Positions 19,401-27,043 of a stretch of DNA of 42,368 bases are shown in pieces. The notes beneath the pieces are model-generated. The model was given only the letters and a program-made list of their open reading frames with translations, searched no databases and was not told where the DNA came from. Numbering within the stretch: the first letter of the stretch is position 1; every line of letters begins with the position of its first letter. The stretch is from a virus. The translations under genes were made by a program, and so were the position numbers. The stretch covers positions 1 through 42,368 of IMG/VR virus record IMGVR_UViG_3300033075_000143; one strand, given 5' to 3'.

Positions 19401-21585
19401 GGACGTTACGATAGCGCCGACGGCACCGGCCTACGGACCGCGGGGCAGGGCCGCTGAGATGACGGCGAAACTCGAACAGCACGAACAGACGCAGCGCGCC
19501 CACGCCGCCCGGCTCCAGCGCATCGCCGACAGGCTCGACCGGCTGGAGAACTTCGACCCCGAAGCGGCGCTAGCGGAGGTGCGCGCGGGCGTCGACGCCG
19601 CCGTGGAGCAGATCAGCCATTCGTCGCTCATGCGCGGCGAGAAGTCGCAGCGCCTCAAGGACAGGCTGGAGCGCCTGGACCCGAAGGCGGTCGAGCGCAG
19701 GCTCAAGGAGATCGACGCGACGAAGCGCGAGATCGACATGAACTTCTACGACCGTTGGGGCCGCGTCGAAGGCGCAGGAACGAAGAGCCCCAACTTCGAT
19801 CTCATGGCGCGCGACATTGCCAACGACGTCCATGACGCGCTCACCGGCCGCAGGCACCGCGATGACAGCGCCGCCTCGCACCCGGAGTTTTTCACGCCGA
19901 TCACCCGCGGCCCGATGAAGGATCGCACCTTCAACATACCGGACCGCATGATCGAGGACTTTCTCGAAAGCAACGTCCGCGAGGTCGGCGAACGCTACGC
20001 GCGCACGATGGCTGGCGAGGTCGAACTGACGCGCCGATTCGGTCGCGCCGACATGCGCGACCAGTTGACGGAGATCGGCCACCAGTACCGCGATCTGCGC
20101 GACGCCGTGCAGGCGGCCAAGACGCCGGAAGAGATCAAGGGTCTCGTTGGCCGCTCGCCGGGATTCGCCGAAGGGCTGAAAGGCAAGCTGGCGGGGCAGG
20201 ACGAATTGACCCGCTCGCGCGAGGCGGCGCTGAGCTTCCTCGACAAAGACGAACTGTCCGCACGCAATGATCTCACCTCCGTCCGCGATCTCGTGCGCGG
20301 CATGTACAAGGTGGACGCCAATTCGGGCAACTACGCGCGCGTCGTGCGCTCCGTCATGGCCTACAACTACATTCGCCACATGGGGAATTTCATCGCGGCG
20401 AACTGGTCGGAGCTTTACCGGCCGGCGATGGTCCACGGCCTTGGCCGCTACATGAGCGAAGGCATCGCGCCGCTCGTGAAGAACCTCATGCGAGGCTTCG
20501 AGGGCGAGGCCGCCGCGTCGATCAAGGAGGCGAAGCTCGCGGGCCTCGTCAGCGAGCGCGTCCTGCACGCGCGCATGGCGGCCTTCGGCGAGGTGGCCGA
20601 TCCCTACGCCAAGGGCTCCGCCTTCGAGCGGTTGCTCTTCAACGGCACCAAGATCGCGACGAAGTGGAACGGGCTGGCGGCCTTCACGGATTTCGAGCAC
20701 TCGCTCTCGGCGATCGTGACGCAGAACCGCATCCTAGAAGCGGCGACCGGCAAGGCCCCCGACGTGCGATACCTCGCCTATCTCGGGATCGACGAGAACA
20801 TGGCGAAGCGCATCGGCGCCCATTTCGAAAAGCACGGTGAGGTGCTGGACGGCAACGTGCATGTCGCCAACACGGAGCGGTGGGGCGACGACGTTGCGGT
20901 ACGCACATACCGCGCCGCCGTGAACAAGGACGTCAACACGATCATCCCCCACAAGGGGCTCGGCGACATTCCGCTGTTCTGCAACACGCCGACCGGCCGC
21001 ATGATGCTCCAGTTCCGCGCCTTCAACATGGCGGCGAACCAGCGCGTCACCCTGCGCGGCTTGCAGGAGAGCCCGACGCGCTTCGTCTCGGGCCTCGTCG
21101 GCGCAACGACGATGGGCATGGCGGCGGCTTACTTCACGGCGCTGCGCGGCGGCAAGGACAGCTACGATCGGTTCGTGAAGGAGGCGAGCGCCAATCCGGG
21201 GTTCCTGGTCGGCGAAGGGCTCGACAAGGCCGGCATCTTCACCCTGCCCTTCGAGGCGGCCAGTTCCGTGCAGGCGATGGCCGGCGGCGCGGGCTTCCGC
21301 GACTTCAACCCGATCAAGAGCCCCATAGCGGCGGCGTGGCCGGGCGGGAGCGCGCCGGTCGAGGATCGGTACGGCTCCAGCGACCCCCTTTCGCGGCTTC
21401 TCGGGCCGTCCGCCTCGATCCCCTACACCTTGTCAAAGGCGACTGGATTTGGTATCAAAACTGCTACCGGAGGCGAAGGCTCCAAGCAGCAGAAGAAGGC
21501 AGCGGCGATGCTCGCGCCCTACAGCTCCTACTACGGCTTCCGTGAGGTGCTGCAACTGCTGACCGGAGATAGCCCCTACCGCTGA
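16498..21585 (+). CDS. Giant internal virion / ejection protein (T7 gp16 analogue) with an embedded ART-like domain.
   Basis: About 1695 aa from ATG 16498 (TAATG overlap). Gly/Ala-rich hydrophobic segments near both ends, long coiled-coil-like stretches, and YHGSS...GQGFYTT...GYDGLRH at about 18895-19410. Confidence 0.7.
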   Translation: MPIFDLDPSQFPVRTQTGAAELVDPAILQDKQMAETLKNEKAFQLLGAAFRESNTIGSALGRQTLGVDNQPEDGFNAWNDIAGTKYEPHWKSFVSANNQRYADSIKRQIDMEEQDRRLVAAAGWRGTLASFAANTLDLPILIPGGGLVRSVKGGYSMGASALGIGAAAGVGVGVQEAALHASQETHTGQESAINIGAGVVLGSMLGAGAAGLLSRAERKVAAKALLNIETGAGAPSTELLAAIERAPPSAVSREVDVNGAVNFHVDRGAAGATRYSASDSGVSQRARAGDAGFDAVLNQDGYFARDVVAIGSETDPAKLPFRGTRAQHDLIAELAAHADDIDAPKSAGFYYDLIEDVVRGKKSVEDARAAFEAAHSAGGSAETGVQVAAAAGADTVQKLAIRDLSVDGTVADAWARTTKNVNPNLRSNYRPVAAAREYMQQLAENTVYQVAHNEGRTVGPSVETTSRVAFVSRMGEAVTAHDAAYEAMSKAGINMTHGDFEDAVGRAMRNGDADANPHVQQAAQMWRAKVFEPFKKEAIELGLLPADIPIKTAASYFSRVYNKVKLIAQEGRFKDLVTGHYSGVLADEYSQSVQAMQKRKARLGQEAADLQMSPASRMSTMKSLEEQGARLDQANAEHVARLADISDLRQKVKEARLAGDNVASQMAEQEIARIKEEGGAGLKAYQEQRSVLRQRMRNVDLGYAGIASRTDQIVQSLVNIEETNHRQLSRLVDKGRRFEREAQRLDPEKYEARKSELITSFNQVAQRADRAADRTKAAIERMRTEAEALPPDHTPDTRGLGQQYHGSSNDKLELDDHFYTPLNYYGQGFYTTDAADVAQGYARKGSKRTGKQVVYSVKESRPLNIYDAEAPLGGEVLKHLEEEAKGKHSISDAIGVALDTKPKNLREFYDAMREEGTALGMSADDIQEGFSALNDTLRNLGYDGLRHLGGLRTKTAPHNVTIYFNPTKDVTIAPTAPAYGPRGRAAEMTAKLEQHEQTQRAHAARLQRIADRLDRLENFDPEAALAEVRAGVDAAVEQISHSSLMRGEKSQRLKDRLERLDPKAVERRLKEIDATKREIDMNFYDRWGRVEGAGTKSPNFDLMARDIANDVHDALTGRRHRDDSAASHPEFFTPITRGPMKDRTFNIPDRMIEDFLESNVREVGERYARTMAGEVELTRRFGRADMRDQLTEIGHQYRDLRDAVQAAKTPEEIKGLVGRSPGFAEGLKGKLAGQDELTRSREAALSFLDKDELSARNDLTSVRDLVRGMYKVDANSGNYARVVRSVMAYNYIRHMGNFIAANWSELYRPAMVHGLGRYMSEGIAPLVKNLMRGFEGEAAASIKEAKLAGLVSERVLHARMAAFGEVADPYAKGSAFERLLFNGTKIATKWNGLAAFTDFEHSLSAIVTQNRILEAATGKAPDVRYLAYLGIDENMAKRIGAHFEKHGEVLDGNVHVANTERWGDDVAVRTYRAAVNKDVNTIIPHKGLGDIPLFCNTPTGRMMLQFRAFNMAANQRVTLRGLQESPTRFVSGLVGATTMGMAAAYFTALRGGKDSYDRFVKEASANPGFLVGEGLDKAGIFTLPFEAASSVQAMAGGAGFRDFNPIKSPIAAAWPGGSAPVEDRYGSSDPLSRLLGPSASIPYTLSKATGFGIKTATGGEGSKQQKKAAAMLAPYSSYYGFREVLQLLTGDSPYR

Positions 21586-21633
21586 GCCCGCAAGCGGACA
21601 ACTCGGCTCTGACGTTTGAAAGGACGTTGAGCC

Positions 21634-23319
21634 GTGACTGTCGCCAACGCGATCAGCGAGCAGTTCTACCTCGGCGACGGCGTTACGACGTCGTTCGACT
21701 TCACCTACCCCGTCCAGGCCGTCACTGATCTCGTCGTATCCGTCAACGGCTACGCCATGACGCTCGGCGTGGATTACTCTGGCGTACTGCTCGTCGGCGG
21801 CGCGTCGGGCGCGCGGATCACCTTCACGGCCGCGCCGGCCAACGGCGCGACGGTATTCCTGCTGCGCGCGCCGCCCGTGTCGCAGGGCTTCGCCTTCGTC
21901 GCCGGCATGAAGATTTGGGAAGGCACGATAGGCGCAGTCGTCGACAAGCTGACTATGCTTGTCGCGAAGCTCTCTCGCCGCGCCCTCGTCCTGTCCGACA
22001 CGGACCCCACGACGTCGCCGCTCGTGCTGCCGTCCAAGAGCGTACGCGCCGGAACGGCGCTCGGCTTCGACAGCAACGGCAATCCGACGACGCTGCCGGT
22101 CACGCCGATCACGAGCTACGCGGGGCTCTTCTCGCAGATCAACACGTGGCTCGCACAGCAGATATTCAAAACCGCATCCGACGCCTTCACCGCGACCGCT
22201 GGCTATAGCGGCGGCACGACCAACGCGCGCGTGTTGGCCGTATCGGGCGCCGTCGCCGCGCCGGGTTCGACGCAGGACGCTGCGGCCGTGGTGCAGAAGT
22301 CGACGGCTTCTGTCGCGACGAGCGGCGTTAACCCTGCGCATTACGCCTCGATCTTCAAGACCGTGAGCGGCGCCAATACGCGCGCCACCGCATCCTACGC
22401 GGAAGGTCAGGATTCTGCGGGCGGCGCGGGTTCGTGGGTCGAGGCGTTCAGAGGCTACGCGGGCATCACGGCCGGGGCGCTCGGGTCGGCCTTCGGCGGC
22501 ATCTTCTCGGGCGGCGTCGGCGCTGGCGTCACCTACACCTATCTGTTCGGCGTGCGCGCAGGCGTCGAGAATTTCTCTGGCGTCGACGCGCCACAGTGGG
22601 CCAGTTTCGACTGGAGCAAATACTCCGCTGGTTTCGTGGCGTCGAACAACAGGACTGGCGTCGGCAACAAGTCTGACGTCGCTTTCATGACAGACCCCGA
22701 TTCGGGCGCTCCGTTCCGCACCGGGTTCGCGGTCTACGGCGATGACGGGGCCGGGCGCGTCGGCGTCGATCACACCGCATTCACCACGCGCGGGCAGTTG
22801 CATATCGGGTTAGACTTCTCGCGCTCGACATTCGTCATGACGCCGCTCCTGCTGCCGAACAACAACGCGATCCGAATTAAGAATGCGGCGTTAACGGCGA
22901 ACTTGAGCGTCATTAGCGTCGACACTTCGAACCAGCTCATCCTGGGCGCGGACGCAGTACAGACGATCATACCAACGCAGCTCACCGTAACCGGGCCGTC
23001 GATCGCGCAGGTATTCGTGGGAAGCGCCCCGCTGACGAAGACAGCCAACTACACGGTCGACAGCGGGGCGACGAAGGACCGCACGATCACCTTCAACGGC
23101 GCGGCGAGTCTGACGCTCACGCTTCCTGCCGCAGCGTCGTGGACTGGCCGCCGCATCCGCGTTCGCACCATCGCCGCCTTTACCGTCGTCTCGGCCTCCT
23201 CGAACGTAGTGCCGCTTGCAGGCGGCGCGGCCGGAACGGCGATCCTCGCTGCTACCGCCGGCAAATGGGCCGATCTCGAATCGGACGGCTCCAACTGGAT
23301 CATAACGGCAGGCAACTAA
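21634..23319 (+). CDS. Tail fibre / tailspike protein.
   Basis: 561 aa. N-terminal FYLGDGVTTSFDFTYPV...VSVNG...DY is typical of podovirus fibre anchors. The C-terminus is Ala/Ser/Thr/Gly-rich. Confidence 0.6.
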   Translation: MTVANAISEQFYLGDGVTTSFDFTYPVQAVTDLVVSVNGYAMTLGVDYSGVLLVGGASGARITFTAAPANGATVFLLRAPPVSQGFAFVAGMKIWEGTIGAVVDKLTMLVAKLSRRALVLSDTDPTTSPLVLPSKSVRAGTALGFDSNGNPTTLPVTPITSYAGLFSQINTWLAQQIFKTASDAFTATAGYSGGTTNARVLAVSGAVAAPGSTQDAAAVVQKSTASVATSGVNPAHYASIFKTVSGANTRATASYAEGQDSAGGAGSWVEAFRGYAGITAGALGSAFGGIFSGGVGAGVTYTYLFGVRAGVENFSGVDAPQWASFDWSKYSAGFVASNNRTGVGNKSDVAFMTDPDSGAPFRTGFAVYGDDGAGRVGVDHTAFTTRGQLHIGLDFSRSTFVMTPLLLPNNNAIRIKNAALTANLSVISVDTSNQLILGADAVQTIIPTQLTVTGPSIAQVFVGSAPLTKTANYTVDSGATKDRTITFNGAASLTLTLPAAASWTGRRIRVRTIAAFTVVSASSNVVPLAGGAAGTAILAATAGKWADLESDGSNWIITAGN

Positions 23320-23543
23320 TGGACCGGACTGGCTCGAAGCTGATCCCCGATTGGCGCAAGGCGCACCGCTTCGCGACAGTGTGGGTAGCCGCCTTTTGGG
23401 GCGCCATGTGCTTTGCCGCCGCCGCGTGGCTGACGCTCGACGGCAAAATTCCGGCGTGGGCTTTCTGGACGGGCGGCGTGCTCGTCTTCGCCTCGATATC
23501 CGTCGCGCGCGTCACCAAACAGCCGGGGCTTCACGATGAGTAG
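23319..23543 (+). CDS. Holin candidate (two transmembrane helices; pinholin-like).
   Basis: 74 aa. Helices VWVAAFWGAMCFAAAAWLTL and AFWTGGVLVFASISVA. Lies immediately upstream of the lysozyme gene. Confidence 0.55.
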   Translation: MDRTGSKLIPDWRKAHRFATVWVAAFWGAMCFAAAAWLTLDGKIPAWAFWTGGVLVFASISVARVTKQPGLHDE

Positions 23544-24009
23544 GGTCAAGCGCAACGCCGCCATAGGCGCGCTCGCCGTTTCGTTCATCGGCGGCGCGGA
23601 GGGGCTTCGCCAGACGGCCTACCCCGATCCGGCGACGCGCGGCCACCCGTGGACCGTCTGTTACGGCCACACCGGCAAGGACGTGACGCCCGGCGTTCAC
23701 AAGAGCCTCGAAGAGTGCAAGGCATTGCTGCTGAGCGATCTCGACGAGCGCGCAGGCGATTATATCGAGGGGTGTATTCCGGCGCTCCAGACCGCCCCTC
23801 CCGGCCGCTACGTCGCGGTGCTCTCCCTCGCCCACAATATCGGGGCGGCCGGCGTCTGCCACTCCAGCGTCGCGCGCGATCTCAACGCTGGCCGCGTCGT
23901 CCAGGCGTGCAACGATCTGCTCAAGTTCAACCGGGCGGCCGGCTTCGTCATGCCTGGCCTCACGCGCCGCCGGGAGCGTGAACGCGAGCTTTGCCTGCAA
24001 GGGACTTGA
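23536..24009 (+). CDS. Endolysin, GH24 lysozyme with a probable N-terminal signal-anchor-release segment.
   Basis: EGLRQTAYPDPATRGHPWTVCYGHTG gives the E-8-D-5-T triad. The N-terminal AAIGALAVSFIGGAEG is Gly/Ala-rich. Confidence 0.85.
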   Translation: MSRVKRNAAIGALAVSFIGGAEGLRQTAYPDPATRGHPWTVCYGHTGKDVTPGVHKSLEECKALLLSDLDERAGDYIEGCIPALQTAPPGRYVAVLSLAHNIGAAGVCHSSVARDLNAGRVVQACNDLLKFNRAAGFVMPGLTRRRERERELCLQGT

Positions 24010-24012
24010 GCC

Positions 24013-24276
24013 ATGCCCCTAGCGTTTCTGCTATCGAACTGGAAACTCGTCGGCGTCGTCGCGGGTTCCGTCCTTCTCGCATCGTGGCTCGGCTGCGAAC
24101 GCATGAAGCTCATCCACGAGGGGGCGCAGCAGGAGCGCCAGAAGATCGAAGAGGCGAACCATGCAGCCGAACAGAAAGCCGACACGGGCGCGCGCACTGT
24201 TGATGAATGCTACGCTGCTGGCGGCTCTTGGAACCGTCATCGCGGGGTGTGCGAGCAGCCCGGCCCCGGTAAATAA
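24013..24276 (+). CDS. i-spanin (Rz-like).
   Basis: N-terminal transmembrane helix followed by a charged periplasmic part. It embeds the start of the next ORF. Confidence 0.6.
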   Translation: MPLAFLLSNWKLVGVVAGSVLLASWLGCERMKLIHEGAQQERQKIEEANHAAEQKADTGARTVDECYAAGGSWNRHRGVCEQPGPGK

Positions 24277-24403
24277 GCCCTGCGGCGTGATCGAAGATTC
24301 GCTCGGCTCCGTCTCGGGCAAGACGCGCAACGACCAGCGGCGGATCGACCGGCACTTCGAGCGCGGCTTCGTGGCCGGTTGCTGGACGCGGGACGCGCAG
24401 TAA
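24161..24403 (+). CDS. o-spanin (Rz1-like lipoprotein).
   Basis: Lipobox LGTVIAGC. The ORF overlaps the i-spanin gene out of frame. Confidence 0.65.
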   Translation: MQPNRKPTRARALLMNATLLAALGTVIAGCASSPAPVNKPCGVIEDSLGSVSGKTRNDQRRIDRHFERGFVAGCWTRDAQ

Positions 24404-24649
24404 GTGACCCGCCCCACCTACGACGCGCGGATCACGCTCGGCAACGTCCTGACGCTCGTCTCGCTGGCGGTGGCGGCGTTCGTTGGATGGGGCAATTTCT
24501 CGTCTGAGCGCGCGCTCAACGCGCAGCGCATGACGCTGATCGAGAAGCGCCTGGACCAGCGCGACGCCGACCATGACCGCATCATGCAGATCGAGGCGGA
24601 CGTGAAGTTCATTCGCTCCAGCCTGGAGAAACGCGCCGAAGCGCGCTGA
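24404..24649 (+). CDS. Membrane protein with a coiled-coil tail (81 aa). Last gene of the rightward arm.
   Basis: GTG start. Transmembrane helix VLTLVSLAVAAFVGW. Confidence 0.45.
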   Translation: MTRPTYDARITLGNVLTLVSLAVAAFVGWGNFSSERALNAQRMTLIEKRLDQRDADHDRIMQIEADVKFIRSSLEKRAEAR

Positions 24650-24677
24650 TTGTCCAAACCCCGCACTGTTGCCTCCT

Positions 24678-26657
24678 TCACTCCAGCACGACCGACCAGC
24701 CGGTCTTGTTCTTCCCCGCCTTCGTGTGCAGCGTCTCGCCGTCGTCGAAGGTGAAGGGCTGCATGAATAGCTCGGCGATTTTCTCGCGGACGTGCGTGAC
24801 GCTTGATCCACCGAAGACGCTCAAATCCCAACCGGGCAGCGTTACGAGGTGCTTCGCCAGCGTGAAGGCGTTGACGTCGGCGACGTTCTCCTGCCTCATG
24901 TAGTTGCGCACCTCGCGCGCGACGTCCTCGGGCTTGATCGCCGCCTCGCTCTCGATCTCGACGGGGTAGAGCACGCCGACTTCATCGCCCGAGCGCAGCA
25001 CCACCGACTGCCGGCGGAACCACGTCGGCCGCCCCGAGCGCAGGGTGAGGTTCGCCTTGGCGTCGTCGAGCCGCACGTAGTTGTTCAGCTTGGCGGGCGG
25101 GATGCGATACTTGAGCCCGTCATCGGCGCTCGCCTCGAACAGCGTGAGGCCGATGCGCGCGGAATTGATGATCGCGGACGCCCCTCGAAAGGCGTCTTGC
25201 GAGGCGCGTTCGCCGCCCTTCGGGGTGTGGTGCGCCAGCACGACAGCGATGTTGTAGTCTCGCGCGAGCTGGCGATAGGCCGCCATGATCGCCTTCATGT
25301 CCTGCTGATTGTTCTCGTCGCTGTCGTGCGTCTCCACAACGGGGTCGACGAGCAAAACGCCGATCCCCTGCTCCCGGCAAAGCTCGCCGAGCGCGGCCAT
25401 TTCGTGAGTGCGGAACTTCGGCGGCGAGGCGTCTGCGATCTTGAAGGGGTAGTCGGCGCCAGAGAGCATCGCCACGCCCTGCATGACGGCCTTCGGGTCG
25501 AGATCGTAGACGGTGCAAATCGCCCGCATGCGGCGGGCCATTTCGTCGTAGTCGTCTTCGTTGTTGATGACGAGCGCCTTCGTCTGCCCGCGAAACTCGA
25601 AGCCCGCAAACCGCTTCCCGAGCCACGCATGGGCGGCAATCGTCAGTTCGAGGGTCGATTTGCCGACGCCGCCGGGCGAGGCGATGATCGTGACGGCGCC
25701 GCGCATGATCCGGCCGGGCGCGATCCACGGCCGCGCCGGCAGGGCCACCTCGTCGGGCAGATCGCGGAATACGATGTGCTTGACGACCGAATCGGCCTCC
25801 GTCGAGAATACGTCCGCTGGCGGCTCGACCTTGACCCCGGCAAATTCGGCTGCCGGCGCCAAGGCTCCCGGCTGGCGGGTGCCGTAGGCGTAGGCGTTGG
25901 CGACGATCCCCGCGACGTCGCCCGGCAGGATCGGCGGATCGCAGCGCTCGCTCCAGTGCTCCACGATCAGGTCGACGGCCCGCTTCTCGCTGATCCCGTA
26001 GTCCTTCACGGCCGCGGCGACGCGGTAACAGGTGTCGTTGAGCTGGCCCGCCTGCGCAGGCTTCCGCCATTTCAGGAACTCGGTCGCCGCCGCGATCGAC
26101 GTCTCAAGATCGAGATCGACGAGGGGCGCCGTCTCTGCGCGGTCGCGGGGGGCGTCCAGGCGGTCGAGAAGGGCGGCGGGCACTTCCTTGAGTGGCGCGT
26201 CGGTTTCCAGCGCGTACGCGCCCTGCGGGGTCACGGAGCCCGGAGCCACGACGAACCCGTGAAAACTGCGCACGTCAAGGCCTTCGCCGAGCTTCCCCGC
26301 GGAAAGAGAGCGGTTCGGGCCGCGGTAGTAAAGATGCAAGCCGCCGCTCGGCGTACGGACCGTGAGGGTTTCCAGCGCGTCGGACAGCACGCCTAATTCC
26401 GCCGCGCTCTCCATGCCGCGCCGGCCGCCCTTGACGTCTATGTCGAGCACGATCATGTGGTCGCAGAGCACGCCCACGTTGAAATCCTGCTCCCATCCGG
26501 TGACAGGATCGCGCCAGAGCCTTTCAATCTCTTCGGGATCGCGGGTCGCCGTGCGCGTCCAGCCTTTTTCGCGCGGGCGCTTATCTCCAGGAATGAGCGG
26601 GAACACAGGGAAGCCCCTGGCCGCCCACGACTTCGCGTGCCCGAGCAACGAAGTCAC
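24678..26657 (-). CDS. Bifunctional primase-polymerase (PrimPol) fused to a RepA/DnaB-like ATPase.
   Basis: 659 aa. N-terminal GFPVFPLIPGDKRPREKGW...LDIDVK...GGLHLYY. Walker A IIASPGGVGKSTL and Walker B LLVDPV. Confidence 0.85.
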   Translation of the reverse strand: MTSLLGHAKSWAARGFPVFPLIPGDKRPREKGWTRTATRDPEEIERLWRDPVTGWEQDFNVGVLCDHMIVLDIDVKGGRRGMESAAELGVLSDALETLTVRTPSGGLHLYYRGPNRSLSAGKLGEGLDVRSFHGFVVAPGSVTPQGAYALETDAPLKEVPAALLDRLDAPRDRAETAPLVDLDLETSIAAATEFLKWRKPAQAGQLNDTCYRVAAAVKDYGISEKRAVDLIVEHWSERCDPPILPGDVAGIVANAYAYGTRQPGALAPAAEFAGVKVEPPADVFSTEADSVVKHIVFRDLPDEVALPARPWIAPGRIMRGAVTIIASPGGVGKSTLELTIAAHAWLGKRFAGFEFRGQTKALVINNEDDYDEMARRMRAICTVYDLDPKAVMQGVAMLSGADYPFKIADASPPKFRTHEMAALGELCREQGIGVLLVDPVVETHDSDENNQQDMKAIMAAYRQLARDYNIAVVLAHHTPKGGERASQDAFRGASAIINSARIGLTLFEASADDGLKYRIPPAKLNNYVRLDDAKANLTLRSGRPTWFRRQSVVLRSGDEVGVLYPVEIESEAAIKPEDVAREVRNYMRQENVADVNAFTLAKHLVTLPGWDLSVFGGSSVTHVREKIAELFMQPFTFDDGETLHTKAGKNKTGWSVVLE

Positions 26658-26797
26658 AGGGGCACCAGTCGGAAATAGCGATTGCCGCGGCGTACGATGT
26701 CGCGATGCGCAGGAACGATACAGACGTTAGCCACATTTTCTTTGGCGCTCACGTCGCGGAGCGGATTGCGAGCCGACCTTATCACGGGGCGGCTCCG

Positions 26798-27043
26798 TCA
26801 GATAGCGTAGAGACGATAGGTGCGACGCTCGCGGCCCGGCCTCACGGCGTAGCCGTGCTTCGCCAGATGGCCGTTGAGCCGATTGACGTAGGACGTCACC
26901 TCGCGCTGCGCGTCACGCGTGTTGGCCGGCGGCCGGCGTCCGAGATAGCGCTCGTGCAGGGCGGTGATCGGCGTGTCCCTGTCAAGGCGCAGCAGCCGAT
27001 ACAGGTCAAGCATGCGCGGCGGCAGTTCGATCATGTCGCTCAT
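26798..27043 (-). CDS. Small putative winged-helix DNA-binding protein.
   Basis: 81 aa from ATG 27043 (ATGA overlap with the polymerase stop). C-terminal ...GYAVRPGRERRTYRLY. Confidence 0.45.
   Translation of the reverse strand: MSDMIELPPRMLDLYRLLRLDRDTPITALHERYLGRRPPANTRDAQREVTSYVNRLNGHLAKHGYAVRPGRERRTYRLYAI

Noticed and set aside
21634-23319. A diversity-generating retroelement acting on the fibre gene, considered because the virion genes resemble BPP-1-type phages.
   Set aside because: No reverse transcriptase ORF is present, and I could see no template/variable repeat pair anywhere in the window.
26658-26797. A small ORF (MWLTSVSFLRIATSYAAAIAISDW...) in the 140-nt gap upstream of the PrimPol gene.
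   Set aside because: It has no RBS, runs out of frame into the PrimPol gene, and has no recognisable features.
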